DNA of 12,666 nt from assembly GCA_964426185.1 (NCBI GenBank), contig CAYRPF010000085.1, forward strand, positions 1 through 12,666. The letters run 5' to 3'. The stretch's first letter is position 1. Each line of letters begins with the position of its first letter. Made by a program: the position numbers and the translations under genes. The notes under the pieces are model-generated. The model had not been told where the DNA came from and ran no database searches. It was given only the letters and a program-made list of their open reading frames with translations. The DNA is from an uncultured archaeon (GTDB taxonomy: Archaea; Asgardarchaeota; Lokiarchaeia; Sigyniarchaeales; Promethearchaeaceae). This document shows positions 7,407 to 12,666 of the stretch, piece by piece.

Positions 7407-10400
7407 ATGAAAAGGAGAGGGTTATCTATCTTCTTAGGAATCGTGTTATCATTCTCGATGTTTTTTATCGGGATTAATTTACCAATAGGAAATGAAGGGC
7501 AACAACTTGAGTTTCAAGCAACTCCTCAAGCGAGTACTAGTATTGGAAACATAGGCATTGTTGAAGGTGATGTTCTGTATTATCACTATTGGAATGAATA
7601 CACGAATCCGGAAGATTACAGCGAGGACGACGGAGAAAATGAAGGAGTCGTTCGAATAGAAGTCCGCGAAATAAACACTAGTTTGAATAAAATTTTCTAC
7701 GATTTCTATATGATAAACATGACTGAAATGCAAGATGATTGGAACTGGGTATTTTTTAATGAGCAAATGGAAAATGATTCAGCCCGCTGGTTGGAGGATG
7801 ATTTCGAGTACAATCTATTCAACCATACTATTGTATTTCCGAATAACATAACAGACCTATCTGCGGTAGCTGCAGATGAAAATCTCGACCAGTTGATAAT
7901 GAATGCTTTCGAATGTTCGTGGATAAATTCTGAATATTCAGACGGTACCAGTGTATGGAATACCGTATACTTTGAAGTTTATCCCAATAATGGTCCGGAT
8001 ATGATGTCAATTTCAATGTACATTAACAAAACCACTGGTTTAATGACATATTACGAGGAAAATGAAGTCAACCATACCATGCACTTGGAATTAGCAGGTT
8101 TTGATTTGATAAACTATGATTTCTATATTCCTGACAGCTTCGGTGTTACTCCAGGAGATTGGGTAGACAGATTCGTTCCCGAAGCGGGTGATAGAGACAA
8201 TCATGAAGAGGATCTTGAACATGGATATTATCCAGATTGGTTGGAATCAAACGATGATTTGGGAATGGCCAGAGATCTCTACAACGATTTCGGAGCCTAT
8301 CAAGGTAAGTGGTTCGAATTAAACACCTTTGAAAATGATGATTATTACAAATTCTGGGCAGATTCTGGAGACAATATCGAAGTTTATGTAGAATATGCAC
8401 CAGGTGCCGATGTGGTTCTTTACACCATAGATCCAGGAGATGGTTCTGTAATTGCTAATACAACCGGTGAAGAAGATCCAGACGGTTGGGCTTCCATTTC
8501 ATGGACAGCAGAGGAATCAGGTTATTACTACTTCAAAATTAATGGTTCTGATGATTTTTGGGGAGATAAATACAACTTTGGAATTATTTACAACGGAGAC
8601 TGGGGTCCAGAATTCTGGCCAGATCCAAAAGATGGAAAAGAAGATCACGATCGTAATATTTGGATTCACGAGATTGTAGATTTTATATATTATAACCCAT
8701 ATTTTGATGAAGATGTTTTAATCACCAGCCAAGAGTTTTATCGAGAGCCAACGATGCTTCCAGAAGATAAAGCTGGTATTGATCCTATGAGAATAGTAGC
8801 CAGAGTGAATAGTTCAAACCCGAACACGGCTGTGGGAGAAGGATGGTTCCATAAAGATATCGATTTTACTTCCACTGATTTCTTGAATTGGTTCGATCCC
8901 AACATGATTCTATGGGATGCAAATCTTTCCAGTTATACTATGGATAGCGGAATCGATTGGCTTAAGATAACCGGTGTTGTAAATGGATCAGGAGAAGATT
9001 TCTATTTCTTTGCCCAAAAACTACCAGGTGTGGGAACGGTTCGATTCTATCAATCTTACATGGAATTACCAGATGAAGGTAGGAAACAAGAAGTGAGTGT
9101 AGTTATTGATTGTTCTGTAGCAGGAACTATGACAGAATCCGCTTCAAACTTAGGGGTTGTCGAGGGCGATTGGTGGACCTACGTGGTTCAAAACGAATGG
9201 CGCTACGATGAATGGGGATCAGATATGGAACATCATGAATTTGATGAAAGCGTCATGATGGTCACCTTCACAGTTACTCATATCTTTGCTCTCAATTTCA
9301 CCACCATGGGCGTTGTTGGAAGTATGGAAGTTCAAATAATCCATAATGACGGTTCGATCGACCCAGAACAGCATTTGGAAGGTTTTCAGCCATTCTTAAT
9401 TTATGATACACTGAATCCAGTATCGTTCATGACCATGGGAGGTTTAGGACATCTTGAAGGACCGCCCGTTCTTCTACCCGCGATTTCAGATTGGTCTACT
9501 CAAGAAACAGCAATGTTAGATATGTTCGCCACAATGCCGGATGGTCCAGGAAATCCAATTGCATGGAATTTCCAAGAAGATACCGTTCGATTGAGATTCG
9601 ATGGCTTTTTCGATGATACATGGGAACAAGATGGCGGAACCGTTACTGCTCATCGTGATTGGAAACAAGATATTGTCTTGGATGTGAACGAATTCGGAAT
9701 GACTACCCATTTACGACAAGAACAGAGAACACACGAACATTGGACCTTTGACGATGGTGAAGGAGGCTCTTTCGATGGAAACAGGGAAAAAGAAGAGAGA
9801 ATTCTGGCATTCATGTCAACCGGCTCTAAAGGGTGTGTTTATGAAACAGATATTGCATCTATTACTGCCTTGCAACCTATGGATACTCTAGTTTGGGAAA
9901 GAAGTAGATACCACCCCGCAGGTGAATGGGGACCTGATGATCCCGGAGAAGATCCAGCGGATAAAAGTTTTGATAAAATTGTTATTGGTCAAATTTTATC
10001 TGCTTGCGATAAATACGTAGTGTTCCTCGGTGCTCAATTCTGGAAAGGTCCGGGAGATACAGAATATCACCCTCATGAATGGCATATAGATGGACCCGAT
10101 GGTGATATCATTGGTAATTTCTGGTATTTAGACTCCATCCGTAAGGATGATATCTGGACTTGGATAAACTCAAATATATTCGATATGAGTGTCACGGATT
10201 TTGCAACTAAATCTGCTGAAATTATCGAAATTTTGAATTTTGCATTTGCACCAGATGCTAGTATATCTGCATCAGATATTACTTTCAATGGCACAACCTT
10301 TGAAGTGGAAAGTATCGAAGGAAATATTAAACACGTATTTAGATTTGCTGTAAATGATAAAGGAATTATGCAGGATATGTTTATGGGCGATTACGATACA

Positions 10401-10706
10401 ACCACCAATGAATGGTTAAATTGGGAACGAAACGTATTAGTAGAAGCACCCAGTGGTTATGATGTTGGCGAATACTTTATGACAGACATTCCAAGCAACT
10501 ACGTCCCATCATCTGCATACGTGCCACCTTCTGATGATACCACAACTGATGATACTTCAACAGATGACACAGCATCTGATGATACCGCAACTGATGATAC
10601 AACTCCAATTAACCCATTCGGAAATATTCCAGGGTATACAACAAGCACGGTTTTGATTTTCTCATTAATTGGTGTAGTAGCTCTTACCTTAAAGAAACGA
10701 AAATAA
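7407..10706 (+). CDS. Large acidic cell-surface (S-layer-like) protein with four internal repeats, a PPC-like domain, a Thr/Asp linker and an IPGY-TM-basic C-terminal sorting signal (PGF-CTERM/Loki-CTERM type)
   Basis: Signal peptide MKRRGLSIFLGIVLSFSMFFIGI. Very D/E/W-rich. Repeat heads GIVEGD, GVTPGD, GVVEGD and ALQPMD. PPC-like ENDDYYKF..SGD..V....GYYYFKI. C-terminus IPGYTTSTVLIFSLIGVVALTLKKRK. GAGTGA SD-like sequence upstream. Confidence 0.88.
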   Translation: MKRRGLSIFLGIVLSFSMFFIGINLPIGNEGQQLEFQATPQASTSIGNIGIVEGDVLYYHYWNEYTNPEDYSEDDGENEGVVRIEVREINTSLNKIFYDFYMINMTEMQDDWNWVFFNEQMENDSARWLEDDFEYNLFNHTIVFPNNITDLSAVAADENLDQLIMNAFECSWINSEYSDGTSVWNTVYFEVYPNNGPDMMSISMYINKTTGLMTYYEENEVNHTMHLELAGFDLINYDFYIPDSFGVTPGDWVDRFVPEAGDRDNHEEDLEHGYYPDWLESNDDLGMARDLYNDFGAYQGKWFELNTFENDDYYKFWADSGDNIEVYVEYAPGADVVLYTIDPGDGSVIANTTGEEDPDGWASISWTAEESGYYYFKINGSDDFWGDKYNFGIIYNGDWGPEFWPDPKDGKEDHDRNIWIHEIVDFIYYNPYFDEDVLITSQEFYREPTMLPEDKAGIDPMRIVARVNSSNPNTAVGEGWFHKDIDFTSTDFLNWFDPNMILWDANLSSYTMDSGIDWLKITGVVNGSGEDFYFFAQKLPGVGTVRFYQSYMELPDEGRKQEVSVVIDCSVAGTMTESASNLGVVEGDWWTYVVQNEWRYDEWGSDMEHHEFDESVMMVTFTVTHIFALNFTTMGVVGSMEVQIIHNDGSIDPEQHLEGFQPFLIYDTLNPVSFMTMGGLGHLEGPPVLLPAISDWSTQETAMLDMFATMPDGPGNPIAWNFQEDTVRLRFDGFFDDTWEQDGGTVTAHRDWKQDIVLDVNEFGMTTHLRQEQRTHEHWTFDDGEGGSFDGNREKEERILAFMSTGSKGCVYETDIASITALQPMDTLVWERSRYHPAGEWGPDDPGEDPADKSFDKIVIGQILSACDKYVVFLGAQFWKGPGDTEYHPHEWHIDGPDGDIIGNFWYLDSIRKDDIWTWINSNIFDMSVTDFATKSAEIIEILNFAFAPDASISASDITFNGTTFEVESIEGNIKHVFRFAVNDKGIMQDMFMGDYDTTTNEWLNWERNVLVEAPSGYDVGEYFMTDIPSNYVPSSAYVPPSDDTTTDDTSTDDTASDDTATDDTTPINPFGNIPGYTTSTVLIFSLIGVVALTLKKRK
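10533..10604 (+). repeat. Intragenic 15-bp imperfect tandem repeat encoding a (DDTxT/S)x5 linker
   Basis: DDTTT-DDTST-DDTAS-DDTAT-DDTT shortly before the sorting signal. Confidence 0.85.
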
Positions 10707-10731
10707 ATTTCTGATTAACGGAGAATACCCT

Positions 10732-10779
10732 ATTTTTTTCTTTTTTTGCTAATTTTTAGATTTTTTTTCATAAATCTAA
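10732..10779 (+). terminator. T-rich terminator with small inverted repeat between convergent genes
   Basis: TATTTTTTTCTTTTTTT follows the stop at 10706, then TTAGATTT(10756-10763)...AAATCTAA(10772-10779). Confidence 0.5.
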
Positions 10780-10951
10780 TAAAAGATAGGCAGATTGTCA
10801 CAACCATTTTCAATGACACGGCCATTCGGAAGAAGAAGTAAAAAAAATTGCTATGGAATATAAAGAAAAGGAACACAGCAGTTAAATCTTTCACTTTGGA
10901 AGTTGATTCTTTTTGATTTTTTTGATTGTTCTTTTACGCGCTTGCTTTAAT

Positions 10952-11404
10952 TTATTCAGTTTGTTCAGTTTTTTGAGCTTTCAGAGCGGCTTTAACATAC
11001 CTAAAAATTTTGGTAAATTTCAGAATTTTCAAAGAACGGCGTAATTTAATTTGACCTTTCATCACCGATTTAACAGGATTTATTTTTCCCATGGCTAATT
11101 TTAAAAAGGTTGCGGTATCGGTGGTGATACGCGCTTTAATTCTTTTCTTAATTTCAGAATAACTTTCATCTTTCTTTTTAATTTCCTCAACCACTATGGT
11201 GCCGTTTTTGATATGAACAATTGCGCTGCGCCTATCATCAGTTGCAATAATGAAAATTGAGAGATTTTCCTGCTTAAAATCGGTTTGGAATGGCTGATAG
11301 GTATTTAGAATTTGAACTTGATTCCAAATAATCGACGGAAATCCATGTAGTTTTGTTTTCTTTTTTTCAGATCTGGATTTGGTAACTTTTTTTTCAGCTT
11401 CCAT
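10952..11404 (-). CDS. SCP2 sterol/lipid-binding domain protein
   Basis: SCP2 C-terminal signature ITTDTATFLKLAMGKINPVKSVMKGQIKLR, preceded by the beta-hairpin IVHIKNGTIVV. Confidence 0.85.
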   Translation of the reverse strand: MEAEKKVTKSRSEKKKTKLHGFPSIIWNQVQILNTYQPFQTDFKQENLSIFIIATDDRRSAIVHIKNGTIVVEEIKKKDESYSEIKKRIKARITTDTATFLKLAMGKINPVKSVMKGQIKLRRSLKILKFTKIFRYVKAALKAQKTEQTE

Positions 11405-11460
11405 GCAAGGTGTTATATTAAAATGAATAAAAATTTTACCACCATCCTTCCTTTATCTCA

Positions 11461-12444
11461 ATGAGCATGGAACTGAAATCTTTTGAAGAAAATAACCCCC
11501 CAGATATAAAAATCTCCGTAATTTTGCCACATCTAAGGCAATATTGGCCCAATTTAAATGAATCTGATATAAAATTCCATTATCACGGCAGTTATAATGT
11601 TTTCATTATATTTAAAAAAACAATCGTGCGGATCCCGGATAGAGATCTAAGAAATCATTTTGGAATCAATTTGCTGGAAAATGAAAAGCGAAAGTTGGAT
11701 GTTTTGAATGATTCTTGGGTTAAATCACCATTATTCACGCCAAATATCAAGTTTCCCAGAGTAGAAAAAATTCACAACAAACTTCCAATTCCCTTTTCAG
11801 CATACAGCATGATACCTGGAGTTTCCTTAGAAAGACTGTATAGAGATTTAGATTTCAAAGTACAAAAAAAAATTGCAAAGGAAATTCGATTATTTTTGGA
11901 TTTCTTTCACAGCGGAGAATTTCTGGAAATTTATCTACAACATTTTCCTGAAGAAAAGGGTAATTCACCTCAAATTTATAGAAATCATTGGGAAAAGAAA
12001 TTAGAGTTTGTGAGGAACAAAATTTCCAGGATATTGACTCCGTTGGATAGAAAATGGCTTGAAGAATTGTTTGAAGCGTTTTTAGCTCAATCCGAATGCT
12101 TCAAATTCAACCCCACAGTTACCCATGGAGATTTCGATAGCAGTAACATTCTTTATAATCCACAAACGGGTAGTATCTCGGGAATTATTGATTTTGAAGA
12201 CTGTAAAGTAGGGGATCCCGCTGTTGATATGCTGTTCTATAATGAAGGCCCTCATTTTCAGAACATTATTCGGGATTCTGAATTAGTTGGTTATGACTCG
12301 CATTTGAGTGAGAGGTGTCGTTTCTTGTTTGCCCGTACATGCGTTTCTTATTTGGAATGGGGAATAATTCACAATAGAAAAGATATGGTTTCCTATGGAA
12401 AGCGGAGATTAAAAGTACTTAAGAATTTATTCCCAAATTCTTAA
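11461..12444 (+). CDS. Aminoglycoside phosphotransferase / choline-kinase-like (APH family) kinase
   Basis: GSYN..F loop, IVRIP, helix-C Glu, IPGVSL, Brenner motif THGDFDSSNIL, GIIDFED and GDPAVD. Confidence 0.92.
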   Translation: MSMELKSFEENNPPDIKISVILPHLRQYWPNLNESDIKFHYHGSYNVFIIFKKTIVRIPDRDLRNHFGINLLENEKRKLDVLNDSWVKSPLFTPNIKFPRVEKIHNKLPIPFSAYSMIPGVSLERLYRDLDFKVQKKIAKEIRLFLDFFHSGEFLEIYLQHFPEEKGNSPQIYRNHWEKKLEFVRNKISRILTPLDRKWLEELFEAFLAQSECFKFNPTVTHGDFDSSNILYNPQTGSISGIIDFEDCKVGDPAVDMLFYNEGPHFQNIIRDSELVGYDSHLSERCRFLFARTCVSYLEWGIIHNRKDMVSYGKRRLKVLKNLFPNS

Positions 12445-12666
12445 ATTAGCCACAAAATCTTTAGTGCCAGACAGATTTCACTACTACTGGTGGTTTGGGG
12501 ATCAGACAAAATTTTAGATGAATTGGAAGAAATTGGGGAAGCTACAAAACCCTCACCTTTAATTCTCGCTTTAATTATAATGGGAGTCGATTTAGAAGAA
12601 TTTATTGCATCATTGACAGGCGCAATCGGCGGATTACCTGAATTAGCTGTAAGAAATGTAATCGGT
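12445..12666 (+). CDS. Partial CaCA (Na+/Ca2+ exchanger, YrbG-like) N-terminal region; runs off the window; start unclear, possibly a pseudogene
   Basis: The frame reads LLLVVWGSDKILDELEEIGEATKPSPLILALIIMGVDLEEFIASLTGAIGGLPELAVRNVIG, matching the TM1-alpha1 pattern (GAD.LV...SPLIIGLTIVA.GTSLPE..VS..A...G...IAVGNVIGSN). It is not in the ORF track. Confidence 0.7.
   Translation, partial: MSHKIFSARQISLLLVVWGSDKILDELEEIGEATKPSPLILALIIMGVDLEEFIASLTGAIGGLPELAVRNVIG

Noticed and set aside
1320-10294. Short ORFs nested in long genes (1320-1502, 3475-3663, 5362-5580, 6461-6676, 7479-7766, 7828-8016, 8146-8400, 8452-8679, 9516-9710, 10073-10294)
   Set aside because: All lie inside well-supported CDSs in antisense or alternative frames and show no recognisable motifs.
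7407-10706. Visibly higher GC in the surface-protein gene as evidence of horizontal transfer
   Set aside because: It can be explained by G/D/E/W-rich amino-acid composition and expression-linked codon bias, and it was not quantified.
10813-10863. 16-codon ORF MTRPFGRRSKKNCYGI
   Set aside because: Too short, with no RBS or motif support.
11461-12444. Calling the APH gene an antibiotic-resistance determinant
   Set aside because: The motifs are family-wide, there is no mobile context, and the substrate cannot be inferred from sequence.

Overview
AT-rich archaeal chromosomal region, most likely from an Asgard archaeon (Lokiarchaeia-like). The assignment is inferred from a stand-alone eukaryote-type ubiquitin E2 gene, an IPGY-TM-KKRK C-terminal sorting signal, BRE/TATA-type promoters, T-run terminators and intron-free genes. 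Gene order: E2 ubiquitin-conjugating enzyme (-), small basic helical-hairpin protein (-), LVIVD-repeat membrane-anchored surface protein (+), DUF1624/HGSNAT-like membrane acyltransferase (+), THUMP/ThiI-like protein with a degenerate PP-loop (+), an unannotated frameshifted copy of that gene's N-terminus (+), a tandemly duplicated 28-bp promoter-like element, a 1099-aa acidic modular cell-surface protein (+), an SCP2 sterol-carrier-domain protein (-), an APH-family kinase (+), and the 5' part of a CaCA (Na+/Ca2+ exchanger)-like frame that runs off the window. No rRNA, tRNA, CRISPR array or transposase was seen. The best leads are the E2 with a Cdc34/Ubc7-length active-site insertion, the apparently dead ThiI with its diverged pseudogene copy abutting a duplicated promoter, and the modular surface protein with a PPC-like domain nested inside one repeat. 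All family assignments come from motifs recognised by eye, not from database searches.
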